Part shown: one piece after another, positions 1 to 11,636 of the stretch
How the letters are laid out: the number at the start of each line of letters is the position of its first letter
Numbering within the stretch: position 1 is the first letter of the stretch
DNA from: Octopus bimaculoides
Taxonomy: Eukaryota
Length of the DNA stretch: 64,000 nucleotides
Assembly: GCF_001194135.2 (NCBI RefSeq)
Contig: NC_068999.1
Coordinates: 2,490,046 to 2,554,045, forward strand
Reading direction: 5' to 3'
The notes under the pieces: model-generated
The model's database searches: none
Told to the model about the DNA's origin: nothing
Seen by the model: only the letters and a program-made list of their open reading frames with translations
Program-made: the position numbers and the translations under genes

Positions 1-275
1 TATGGAAACGTAAACAAACCAACACCGGTCGTCAACAAACGCAATCACACATACACAAAGTTCCCGTCTATTCGGACGGGGCTGTAGAAGACGCTCTTCC
101 ACGATGACACGCAAATTCATTAAAATTCCCTTCACTTACTGTTCCACATATACTAATTATTTTGACTAAATTCGAAAAAAAAAAAAAATAGGCAACTCCT
201 ATCGAACCAGTTATAAATAGCAGCCAAATCTCAAACTGCACTTAACCATCTTATTTAAGAGAATAATAATTACTA

Positions 276-578
276 CAGGGTGATTCAAAAGTCGCCATAC
301 ATAGGAACAATTTATTCTTTTTATAAGAACAGTTTTTTGTTTTTTTTTAACAATCTCTATATGGTTACCATTGATTGAATCCACATTGCAATACATTGAC
401 CCCATGCATTGTGAACTCGTAATAACTCATCTGGTTTATACGTGTGCAAATGAGATGGTGATGCGTTCCTTCAAATGGTTTATGTCTTATTTTTCCGCGA
501 TACACCATGCCTTTCAAATGCCCCCCAAAGACAGAAATCAAGAGGGGTCAGATCAGGGGAGACTTTTGAATCACCCTG
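276..578 (-). mobile_element. Internally deleted Tc1/mariner element (MITE-sized) with TA target duplication
   Basis: 18-bp perfect TIRs CAGGGTGATTCAAAAGTC at both ends, TA at 274-275 and 579-580. The interior on the minus strand encodes a frameshifted transposase C-terminus (DFCLWGHLKGMVY...GNHIEIV). Confidence 0.88.
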
Positions 579-835
579 TATTATATAAAATAGACTTGAA
601 CTTATTAAAAGTTGGAGTGGTAAAGGACAAAATTCTTTTGCTCATGAATCTACATGTTCCAGGACAGACCGGAAGGGAGTAAGAAAAAATAAAGACCGTA
701 TCAGCGATAGGGAGCCGGTATCTCGTCGTTCGACTTGCTAGAAACAATAGCCAACTCTTCCTCAAACAGCACCCTACCGTTTAAAAAGATTACGGTTTTA
801 ACTATTTGGTACAAGACTCGCAATTTTAGGGGATG

Positions 836-960
836 GGGTGTGTCGATTACATTGATCTCGGTGCTCAACTGGTACTTAATTTTATCAATTCCGAAAGTAT
901 GAAAGGCAAAATTGACCCCAGGGGAATTTCAACCCAGAACGTAAAGAGCCGGAACGATTT
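836..960 (-). repeat. Partial SINE, family A (TTCTGAGTTCAAATT...AAGTACCAGTT type)
   Basis: Matches copies at about 10150-10300, 26915-27150, 32355-32565, 32590-32810, 39030-39460, 42648-43030, 45210-45390 and 52430-52635. Confidence 0.75.
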
Positions 961-1332
961 CAAAAAACGTAAACCGACAATTAGTCGTATTTGAGCCCAA
1001 AGCTGTCAATAATTTTACAGCTGGTTCGTTAATTTCTTTTATTTATTTGTTTGTTTTCATGACGTGTCGAAGGCGGGTTGGAAAAATGAAACAGACAATA
1101 GTGCTCGCGCACACATGCACACCCACTGACTTGAATAGTGAAACATACTCGCACAATCTATGTAATGTTCAGTTTCATTTCAAGATTTCTATTCGAGGCT
1201 CATTCATTAGAATTTCCATATCGGCAACAGGGTATTTTTGTTGTATGTATGTATATGTGCAGATTTGTACGTTTTGCTTTATGTATGTATTCTCATGCAT
1301 ACAGTTGCATATCTAGACATGCTCATATATAC

Positions 1333-1415
1333 TTAAATGATAAACTTCTGGAAAGTTTCACAGATTTTTACAGTTCCAGTGAGGGATTGGATCTGCAGTC
1401 TTTGAATTAGCTTTC
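1333..1415 (-). mobile_element. 3' fragment of a REL-endonuclease (R4/Dong-like) non-LTR retrotransposon
   Basis: LIQRLQIQSLTGTVKICETFQKFII* resembles the fragment at 63200-63540. Clade assignment is from memory. Confidence 0.5.
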
Positions 1416-1416
1416 G

Positions 1417-2030
1417 CCTGTGTGTATGTATGTATGTATGTATGTATGTATGTATGTGTATACATACATACATACGTAGATGGTAAGTGAACATGCATGT
1501 GCGCGCGGCCTTGTTGGGCTTTATGCATTTGTATTCGCTCACACGCATAAACACACACTTGAATGCACAATGGATGAATGGATGTATGTATGTATTCATG
1601 TATGTACATACATATGAAAGATGTGTGCGTGTATGTATGAGTGAATACAAATACATAAAGCTGAACATGCTCGCACATACACACACACACACGCGCACAC
1701 ACATACACTCATTATCTTTCATATACATATACATACATGAACACATACATAAATTCATTGTGCAAGTGCGTGTTTGTGTGTGGATAGATACATAAAGCCC
1801 ATCATGCTTGCGCGCGCACACACACACACACGTTCACCCATTATCTTTCATACATACATACGCACGCACACACACACACACATACATACAAACATACATA
1901 CATACATATATACATACGCACGCACACACATACATACATACATACATACATACATACAACATACATACATACACACACACTTACATACATACATACATAC
2001 ACACACATACATACATACATGCATACATTG
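1417..2030. repeat. Compound (TATG/TACA/CA)n microsatellite field
   Basis: Directly visible; it generates the spurious MCVC/HTHT ORFs. Confidence 0.95.
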
Positions 2031-2284
2031 TGCAAGTTTGTTTCGCAATGGTGAAGGGTGGTGTGATGTGGTGTGGCATGGTAGTAGGTGGTGTGGTGGT
2101 ATGTGTTGCCATATTTCAGTGTTTACTAAATGATAATGAGCAATATGTGTTTTATTCAATTAATTTCTTTAAATACAGATTTGCCCAAAGTAATTAATGA
2201 TAAAACTGAACATTTACCACCCATTGATTTTTGATGGAGTTCTCACTAGTATGTATATATATATATGTGTATATATACAATATG

Positions 2285-2590
2285 ATTTATAATATAGTTG
2301 GCGCTCTATCGGTTATAATGATGCGTTGATCTAATCAATGACACAACCTGGTTATGAAATTAATGTGCAAGTGACTGAGCTCTCCATAAACACGTGTACC
2401 CTTTACATAGTTCTCAGGAAGATTCAGTGTGACACAGAATGTGACAAGGCTGGTCCTTTAAATTACAGGTGCAACTCATTTTTGCCAGCTGAGTGGACTG
2501 GAGCAAAGTGAAATAAAGTGTCTTGCTCAAGGAATCGAACTCACAATATTGTAATTGTGAGCCGGATACCCGAACCACTTAATTACATGC
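2285..2590 (+). repeat. SINE-like family D (GAAATTAACGTGCAAGTGGCTGAG...AAAGTGTCTTGCTCAAGG)
   Basis: Related copies at about 13680-13950, 18080-18190, 29985-30090, 34390-34700 and 42230-42360 (minus). Confidence 0.75.
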
Positions 2591-2759
2591 CTTATATATA
2601 TATCATCATCATCATCGTTTAATGTCCGCTTTCCATGCTAGCATAGGTTGGTCGATTTGACTGAGGACTGGCGAACCAGATGGCTGCACCAGGCTCCAAT
2701 CTGATCTGGCAGAGTTTCTACAGCTGGATACACACACACACACATATATATATATTGGA

Positions 2760-3075
2760 CAGCATTCATCACACCACTCTCACCACCTCCATCTACTACA
2801 AACACACAGACTCACACTCATACCTCAACTTCTCCTCCTCCCACCCTAAACACACTAAGCTCTCCATCCCCTATTCCCAATTCCTCCGTCTACCCAGGCT
2901 CTGCCGTGATGACCATGGCTTTGAGACTCAGTCTCAACTCATGGCTCGCCACTCCATCCCATGTGGATATCTCCCCAAGACACCTGATGAAGGCCGGAGG
3001 GTATATCAGCCGAAACATTGTGTTAACAACAAACAAGATGAAGACAAATATCCGTCAAATGTAAATAATATAAAC
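2760..3075 (+). mobile_element. Penelope-like element fragment (RT thumb followed by a hammerhead-like motif)
   Basis: TSIYYKHTDSHSYLNFSSSHPKHTKLSIPYSQFLRL matches the PLE RT thumb pattern (Y.K.T....YL..SS.HP....SIP.SQ.LR); CTGATGA...GAAA motif at 2984-3015. Confidence 0.8.
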
Positions 3076-3667
3076 CAAAACTGGTTGTCAAATGGTGGCG
3101 GTGAGACTAACACAAAGTCAAACACACATACACACACATATATGTATGTATATGGCAGATTTCTTTAGTGTCCATCATACCTGATTCCCTCCTCCTATTT
3201 GTATTATTGAATTTTACTTTGCTACTTTCATGCAAGTTTCTCCTTCACCACTCCATTCATCTCCATGTTCCTGCAGTGTGTACAACATTGCTCTCTTAGT
3301 ATTGTGGAGATCAGGAAAGTACTGACTCTTCCTATTTGCATAACCACCTCAGTTGGTTCTTTTGTGGAGTTTCGTTTCTTATTTCTTGTTGCATTAGTGT
3401 TTGTTCTGTTGTGTAATGTAGGTTGCGTTATGGTACTTTAATCATGGACAGGATATGAAGCTTAAGTTGGTTATTTTAGATTCTGATGTGTTTATTGTTG
3501 AGCAAGTGCATTGTGTGTAAAGGTTATTCCATTTAAACAATTCTATTGAATCATGAGCTGTTCAATAGAAATGAATCATGTTTTGTGCAAAATGTAGGCT
3601 GTTCATAGCAGAGATACTTTTGGGACAGTGTGTAATATTGTGAGCCTTGGTATGGCATTTTTTTCAG

Positions 3668-3990
3668 ATTATTATTATTATTATAAAAGATATCATTGTT
3701 ATTAATCAATAGTCTTATTTTGATCATGTGCTTTCAACACACAACCAAACGCAGCTCTGTGTGCCTTGGGTATGTGCTGTGGTCTGTTGTGGTGCTCTTA
3801 GTTTCATTCTATTGAAAGTGTTTTACATAGGATGTGTGTGGTGCCTAGTTGTGCTATTTTCTGTCTGTTATATACATTTGTAAGTGTTTTGGTTATGTAT
3901 TTGTCTGAATACTTTTTTTTTATCATACCTAATGTGCCTACTATAATAGGAATTGTTTCTGTTTTAGGCTCCAGATTCAAGTTAATATTA
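3668..3990 (-). mobile_element. R4/Dong-like non-LTR retrotransposon 3' end with (AAT)n tail
   Basis: TIPIIVGTLGMIKK...[18 protein letters not shown], followed by a 3' UTR and TAA repeats. Confidence 0.65.
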
Positions 3991-4594
3991 TTATTATTAT
4001 TATCATCATCATCATCATCATCATTGAGTGTGAGAGCAGTGCATGCCAAACATTGATGGGTCATATTTGTGTGAACATCAGGATCGTAGGACATCGTTGG
4101 GCATTTCCATCTCCTTCCCAGCTCTGAGATTCCGATTGATATGGCTTGTGCTTTTGTCTATTTTGCTATCACACTGGGTTCTTCTGTTTCAACTAGTTTT
4201 ATTATTATTATTACAGTTGTTGTTGTTGTTGTTGTTGCTATTGTTAGGACAATGTGTAACAGAGTCAGTAGAATGACATGAAGTATGTTTAGTGGTTTTG
4301 AGATATATCACATTGTGTTCTGTGCTTAAATCCTGGCTGCCTTGTGACGTTCATAAAACAAGCACGAGTCAAGTACCATTCTTTCATCAGCAACAAGCTG
4401 CACCATTGTTGCCATGCTGTTAGAAGTCATTGTTATTATTAAGTGGATTTTGGCAGAATTCAACTTTGACTTTCATCCAGTTAGGGTTCATGAAATAAGT
4501 ACGAGTCAAGTACTGTTATTTTCTTCAGCAAAAACTTACAGCATTGTGTTGTTAGAAGTCATTGCAATTATTCGGTTGAAGAAAAAGTTTGTGT

Positions 4595-5086
4595 GCTGAA
4601 CTTGTGCCAAATGGTTGCACCTTCAATGCTGAACTTTACTGTCGCAACTTGGTCAAGTCTATGATGCGCTGATTGAAAAGGACCCAAGACTTGTTTGTCG
4701 AAAACATGCTTTGTTTCAACAAGACAATGCAAAGCTGCATACCGCCAGAAAGACCAGCAACAAGATTGAAGAATTGGATGGTGTGGAAGCTCTGCCTATA
4801 ATCCAGACATTGCTCCATCTGACTATGGTCTCTTCCGATCAGTGCAGTACTTTATGAAAGGTCGCTGATTTGAGTCATTCAATGAAGTTGAAGAAGCCTG
4901 TCAAGAATTTTTTGATACAAAGCCAAAGGATTTGACCAAATCCAAAAGCTTGCAGATCGTTGGCAGAAGGTTGTGGAAAATGACAGTCTTTATTTTGAAG
5001 AAAAGTTGTTATCCTTTTTGAATAAATTCTTGCCTAAAAGACCATTATTCTAACATGGTACATGAACCTTTTCTTCAATTTAGTAT
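4595..5086 (+). mobile_element. Decayed mariner (DD34D-type) transposase C-terminal half plus right end
   Basis: FQQDNAKLHTARKT...YNPDIAPSDYGLFRS...QKLADRWQKVVENDSLYF, with a stop and frameshifts. Confidence 0.88.
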
Positions 5087-6619
5087 TATACTGAGTTTGG
5101 CAGAACTCAACTTTGCCTTGGCATCGATGTAATTGACTGATACCCTCCCCCAAAATCTCAGGACTTGTGCCTGACCTGTGTGAATAAGCTTACTCTGAAC
5201 ATACGCTTGTAAACTAGAGGGGTCAAGAAGGAGAGAGGTGCCTGCTGGAGGTGCTTTTAAATGGTGGCGTGACCAGGATGTGTGGGTTTCCTTGGTTGGT
5301 CCATGGTGGAACTACCTTCTTTTGGAGAATCTTATTATTAAACATTTGTTGTTAATTGTTATTGTTTTATGGTAAACATGAATTTTCGTGCTAAGCCCCA
5401 CTTGGCCCTTGTTTTGTATTGCTCCTTTTTGTTATGTGTTCATCCCTTGTGGTCAATAAAGAAAAAAATTATTATTATCAATATTAGTTACTGGATACTC
5501 TAAACCCTTCTTCTACTCACTCTAGCTTAACCACTCACCTGTAACAGAAATAATACTCACATTAACTTGACCACACAAGCATAATGCCAAACTGACCAAA
5601 ACCTCCTTGTAATATGAGCAATACCTATGCATCCTTCCCTACGTCTTCAAACTACGCCTGTCATAAATGGCATTCATTCTCACTTGACCACATGCTGACC
5701 AATCACCTGTAGCTTAATGTGGTGCTTACCTGCTGTCCAGTGGTCTTGTTGCTTTGACAACACTGCTAATGGTTTTATTCCTTGTTCTAATATATTTGCT
5801 TTATAAAGTGCAGAACAAAAGATGATATGTATACATGTGCATTGAGTATGTGTTGTGTGTGTATGTGTGAGTCTGTGTGCATGTGTGTGTGTGTGTGTGC
5901 GTGTGTGTGTGTGTGTGTGTGTCTAAATTTGTTTGTAGGGTTTGATGTGTGGAATCCGTATATAAACATACATGCAACCATTAATTATCTATCTACCTCT
6001 GCATGTGTGTGTGTTAGTGTGTCTCTGTGTGTGTATGTGTGTGCATGTGTTTGTGTGTGTGTATCAGTGTCTGTGTTTGTGTCTATGCCTCTGTGTGTGT
6101 GTGTGTGTATTGACATTGCATGAGATATGTAAATAAACATCACCATTGCACAAGAGGTATCCATCATTTTCAATCTTCTAGAAGAACATGCCTGACCAAG
6201 AGAAACATTATCTTGCTTTGAAAGAGGAAGGACATCCAATGACAAGAAAATCTGCCTCAATGAATTCTGTCTGTGCATGCAAGCATGGGAAATTGATTGT
6301 TAAAAGAAAGAAAATTATGCGTCCATACATACATACATACATACATGATAGCTGAAAACTCATGTTTGAGTATTGCTACTGTCTGATCGAAATCCCCACA
6401 CATACGAGGGCTACGACCAACCAGTTTTGTGATAGGTTTTAAGTAATGCCTGTGTGTGAGCATTTTTTGTAGTGGGGAAAGGATTAGCACAAATCCAGTC
6501 CCATTCTTTGAACATGGACAACATAAACTTGAAAAGAAGAACTAGTCTACATCATCAAATATTGTCAGTGCCACAGGTTTTCTCTCAGAGTTTCCGCTCT
6601 TCTAGAGAGATGTTGTGAC

Positions 6620-6653
<34 letters not shown>

Positions 6654-6788
6654 CACAGAATTTTGTCAGTGAACAGGTCATGATTTCAAAGCAATGAAAA
6701 TATTTTGACAAATTAAATTTAAATGTTGGAGTGAATCTAACAGTTTTTGTGTTTTTAAATGGCTTATAAACACCTTCCATGCTGCAAT

Positions 6789-6822
<34 letters not shown>

Positions 6823-7658
6823 CACACACATATATACAAATATATACATGTGTGTGTATAGATGCCCTTTACTTTCATCATTAGGTGATAGGGTGATCTG
6901 TATGCCAGCTCTCGAATGGTATTTGTACAAGCAGACAGACAGACCATTACTACAACTAAAAAGAACAACAACTGGACTCCACCTATATCAGCTGAAAAAT
7001 GTATGTGTAATATTGTCAGCTTTAGGGATGGTCGAGATATATATATATAGTTAGAAGGAAAAAGAAATAAGATACATACTAAATAACTTAATGATATTAC
7101 ATCAGGCTGGAGATGGGAATAATGACATCCCTTTGCAAATACTGATAGGGCACAGATAGCCAGCTGGAGGGGATGTCTTCCTGGGGCTACAAGTTACAGT
7201 AGCATCGACCCTTAAGGGTTAGCCACATTTAGGTGGCAAATACACTTCACGATGTCGTGCTGCTACTGTTTATATCATGCTCAGAGATTTATTATTGCTT
7301 AATTATAATTGTTTTCCTCATAATACAATATGCATAATTTTCCTCAAAATTTTAAGCAGTAAAGGTGGTGCTCCAGCATGACCAGTCAAATGATTGAAAC
7401 AAGGAAAAGAATAAAAGAATGTTTATTAGATTGATAACTAATTGTCGTGATGTAAAATTTCTGTTTATTTTTTTATTCTTTCGTTATCTTCTGACATCAT
7501 CAAAGGTTAAATACTAAACTGGCTTCTCTTAAGATATATTTCTTTTTAATGTTCTTTTTGTATGTGTTCGTCTATCAGAGATAGTTTCTTAGTTCACTTT
7601 GAATTTAACCCATTTTGGTTTGCCTTGATAACATTGTATTAGCATATGTTTTCGGATA

Positions 7659-8512
7659 TACAGGGTGTCCCAGAATTAACTGCCTATTTCAATGAAATTG
7701 GGCAAATTTTCAAAAGAAAACTGATAGAATTTCATGTTTATTACTTAATTAGGATACCAAAACAAATAGATTTATAAATCTTTTTTTTCTTTTACTTGTG
7801 GCCATGCTGGAGCACTGCCTTTAGTCGAACAAATTGACCCAGGACTTATTCTTTGTAAGTCTAGTACTTATTCTATCAGTCTCTTTTGCTGAAGCACTAA
7901 GTGACGGGGACATAAACACACCAACATCAGTTGTCAAGCGATGCTCGCGGGGACAAACACAGACACACAAATATACACATATATGTGTATACATATATGA
8001 CGGGCTTCTTTCAGTTTCCATCTCCCAAATCCACTCACAAGGCTTTGGTCAGCCCAAGGCTATAGCAGAAGACACTTGCCCAAGGTGCCACACAGTGGAA
8101 CTGAACCCAGAACCATGTGGCTGGGAAGCAAGCTTCTTACCACACAGCCACACTCTACCTGTTTCCCTACAAATTTCAAATCTATCCTTAGCAGTGTGAA
8201 ACACATTCTGAAGCATTTCAGGTGTTATCTCCTGCACTGCTAACTGAATGCGCTCTTTAAGTTCAGCAAAACTATTGTTCCATCCTGGAGATGAAGGTAG
8301 ACAAAATGACCGTTGCCAAATTGAAAGAAAAAAAAAGAAAAAGCTGTCTTGGACAGATAAGTAGGATCGAAAAAGAATGAAATTAAAATTATAAAAAAAA
8401 TTATAAAATTATTTTAAAAATTTCCAAGTTATACACTTTTAACACATATTAAACATGAGTCATCTATACTATTTAAACAGCCTTATAGGTGCAAATTCAG
8501 TGGTCACTCCCT
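7659..8512 (-). mobile_element. Tc1/mariner remnant interrupted by a SINE
   Basis: TA+CAGGGTGTCCCAGAATTAACTG terminus near 7659; transposase C-terminus ELKERIQLAVQEITPEMLQNVF...RFEICRET on the minus strand at about 8160-8290. The other terminus is only weakly similar. Confidence 0.65.
7795..8157 (-). repeat. tRNA-derived SINE, family B (GCTGTGTGGTAAGAAGCTTGCTTCCC...GGTTCAGT head)
   Basis: A/B-box-like head. Related copies at about 26430-26700, 37445-37805, 47870-48120, 57760-57965, 61085-61255, 62250-62385 and 63720-63870. Confidence 0.8.
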
Positions 8513-8658
8513 GACCGGCCATAACCAAGCACCCATTTAGCATTACTGCCCAAAGGTATTTTCAAGTGTGCCTCTTTTCGGATTTATTTATGAACTAATG
8601 ACTGATTATATATAGATACCGTATATATACATGCATATACATATGTGTGTATATACAT

Positions 8659-8691
<33 letters not shown>

Positions 8692-9403
8692 TGTGTCAAC
8701 TTTAGAGTTGACATATATGATAATGATGATGATGATGATATATTTGGAGTGGGGGAAGGTATGTGGTGGGGATGTCCAACCAAGTAGATTAGGAGAGAGA
8801 AACTCAAGGTAGAATTGCTATTTCCTTTTTCTCTCTCTTCTTTTGTCTCTTCCTGTTCCCCCTCTCTCTCACTTTCACCTTCTCTCCATCCCTCCCCCCT
8901 CCTTCTCTCTCTGAACAGGATATTAACTGACTAACATAGTTTCTTTTAGAGTAAATTATTAGGGTTAAGTAAGGTGTGTGGACAGGTAGATTGGCAGGTA
9001 ATATAAGGGAGACAGATGGATATGTAAGTAGGTGTTGTTGACTTGAGGAGATTGGTTGGTATTTGACATAAGTTGCTACTGTGTAAACTCTGTTGACGTT
9101 TGATAATTGTTTGTTGAATGACATTAAAAAAATGACAAATGATTGGACAGGCATGTAGATATATATACACCTTGCTTAATACATTTTGCTAATCATGTTG
9201 GGACACTCCCTTCAAATATGCTATGAAAAAAAAAAAGCTAGAAAGAATGGTAGAAAAAGAGGAAAGAGGGAAAAAATGAGATACACTAAAGAAGAGATAG
9301 ATAAAGAAAAAAAAAGAACGGATGGACATATAGATAGATAGATAGATAGATAGATACATGCATGCATGCATACATACACACTTATACACAGATAGATAGA
9401 TTG

Positions 9404-9435
<32 letters not shown>

Positions 9436-9446
9436 ATGCTTGTGTG

Positions 9447-9570
9447 GAGGCACAATGGCCCAGTGGTTAGAGCATCAGACTCGCAGTTGTAGGATTGTGG
9501 TTTCAATTCCCAGAGCAGGCATTGTGAATGTTTATTGAGCAGAAGCACCTAGAGCTCCACAAGGCTCTCA
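9447..9570 (+). repeat. tRNA-derived SINE, family C (GCACAATGGCCCAGTGGTTAG head)
   Basis: A-box TGGCCCAGTGG and B-box-like GTTTCAATTCC; second copy at about 18752-19040. Confidence 0.75.
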
Positions 9571-11604
9571 CTTTCTCATCTTCACTCTGTCTATATCTCC
9601 TCCTCTCTCTCTCTCTCACTCTCTTAAGCGTTGCTCATGTGAAATTCTAACGCCTGTCCTTCTCTTTCATTTCCCCCCCTGCTTCAACGATGCTGTTACA
9701 CTTGTTCTAATGCAGAAGTGGTCTATCTTTCTAGGACTTCTGCTCAATCATCTTTCTCGCATTGCGTTCTTCTTTGCCACCCCCCCCACCTCTCTCGTTT
9801 TCTCTCTTTCACACCCTCTTGATCATAGTAATATTCTGCAATCTGTGTTCATCTTGAACTCACAATCAATTTGCAGTTATCATTTGTATTACAATTAATT
9901 TGTAGATGAAATATGAGGATGGATTATGCAAAAACTACCATTAAACAGTCAGATGAGAGATAACGAAGCCATCAGTCTGTTTGTGGATTAATTTATATAA
10001 ATTGCCCACAGCATCCACTGATATTTCAGCATGAAAATGTCATTATTAGAATAAGGAACATGAAACAAATGACAAGGCCACACACACACACAGTGCTTAT
10101 TTTCCGATAGAAAACCAGAAAAGTCCTCAATATATACGTGTATATATAAAGTGGTAAATTGGCAGAACTGTTAGCACATCATCAAAAATGGTTAGTGGCA
10201 TTCCATCTGTTCTTATGTTCTGAGTTCAAATTCTGCCAAAGTTGACTTAGCCTTTCATCATTTCGGGATTGAGGAAATAAGTACCAGTTGAACACTGGGG
10301 GTCAATCTTGCCAGTCCTCAGTCAAATCGTCCAACCCATGCTAGCATGGAAAGCGGACGTTAAACGATGATGATGATGATGATGTCTGTATCATCATCAC
10401 CACCATTATCATCGTCATGTGTTGTGTTCTTGAGCAAAACACTTCATTTCACATAACTCCAGTGCACTCAGCTGTCAATGAGTAGCCCTTCAATGGACTG
10501 GCATCCCATCCAGGAGGAATATAATCATCATGATTACTTACTTATACACCATGTAACCAGCCCTATAAGTCCTAGGACTTGAGACAGTAGTGTCCAGGAG
10601 TTGACCCTACCAACTTACTATCTGAGTCTTCTGTCATGCCACTGGTTTGACCAAGACTTTGTTGAGTCAAATTTTATTGAGAGAAACAAAGATGGGGAAA
10701 AATTACATAAAAACACACAAAACAATGCAACCATTACTTGTAATTAATTGCAAATGGTTTATCCTGATAAGCTTTGCTGGTACACAAGATGGGATGGACA
10801 TTTAATAAGGATAAAAGAATTACTTGATATCAGTAGAGACATCAAACAAAAATCATCAATCAATATTCAAAGCCTTACAAATTGCAGCTCAATCAATCAC
10901 CTAGAGAATATGTCACAAGTAAATCCTCTAAAGTTAGGGTATGTATTTAATTAATGATGCTTAATCAAACTGTAATACAAAAAAATTATCGTTATTACAC
11001 AAAATATGATTTTTTTCTTTATCCTATCTATTATATGAATAAGAATCCTTTTAGTAAAGCCCCACCTTCCATTATACACAAACTAAACTGTAGGGAAATG
11101 CAATATATCACACACTGAAGCATGAAAAGGTGGGGGGGGGGAATGGATCAATATGTGAATGTTTAGACAAAGTTCAATAATTAGCTCACATCACTAATAA
11201 TCTTTAGCATTTCAAACACAATGCTCTTGTAGGGAGACAAAAACAAAATAATAAAAGATAACAAATCACAAAGCTTGGCAATGAGTTCTAGGTGTTCTGT
11301 TTGAATAACATGATTTCATGCGAGAAATTATAATATCTGGAGGTTATTGCAGAATTATTGATAGTTATAGGCAAAGGTAGGGTGATGCAATTAAGAAACT
11401 TGTTTCTTAATTGCAGGTGTATTGTTTTGGGCTCAGTCCCATGGTATGACTCCTTGAGCAAATATCTTCACCTATAGCCAGAAACTGTGTGGAAGCCCAT
11501 AATACATACATACATACAGTGCCCATAATACATACATACATACATACATACACACACACACATACATACATACATACATACATGCATGCATATATACATA
11601 CATA

Positions 11605-11636
<32 letters not shown>

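Noticed and set aside
1333-2197. Many 100-160-aa MCVC/HTHT ORFs here and at about 5800-6970, 29660-30090 and elsewhere
   Set aside because: These are translations of di- and tetranucleotide microsatellites that lack stop codons.
9447-9530. tRNA-like sequences (also 18752, 26440, 37450, 62255)
   Set aside because: They have A/B-box heads but no complete cloverleaf and continue into shared SINE bodies.
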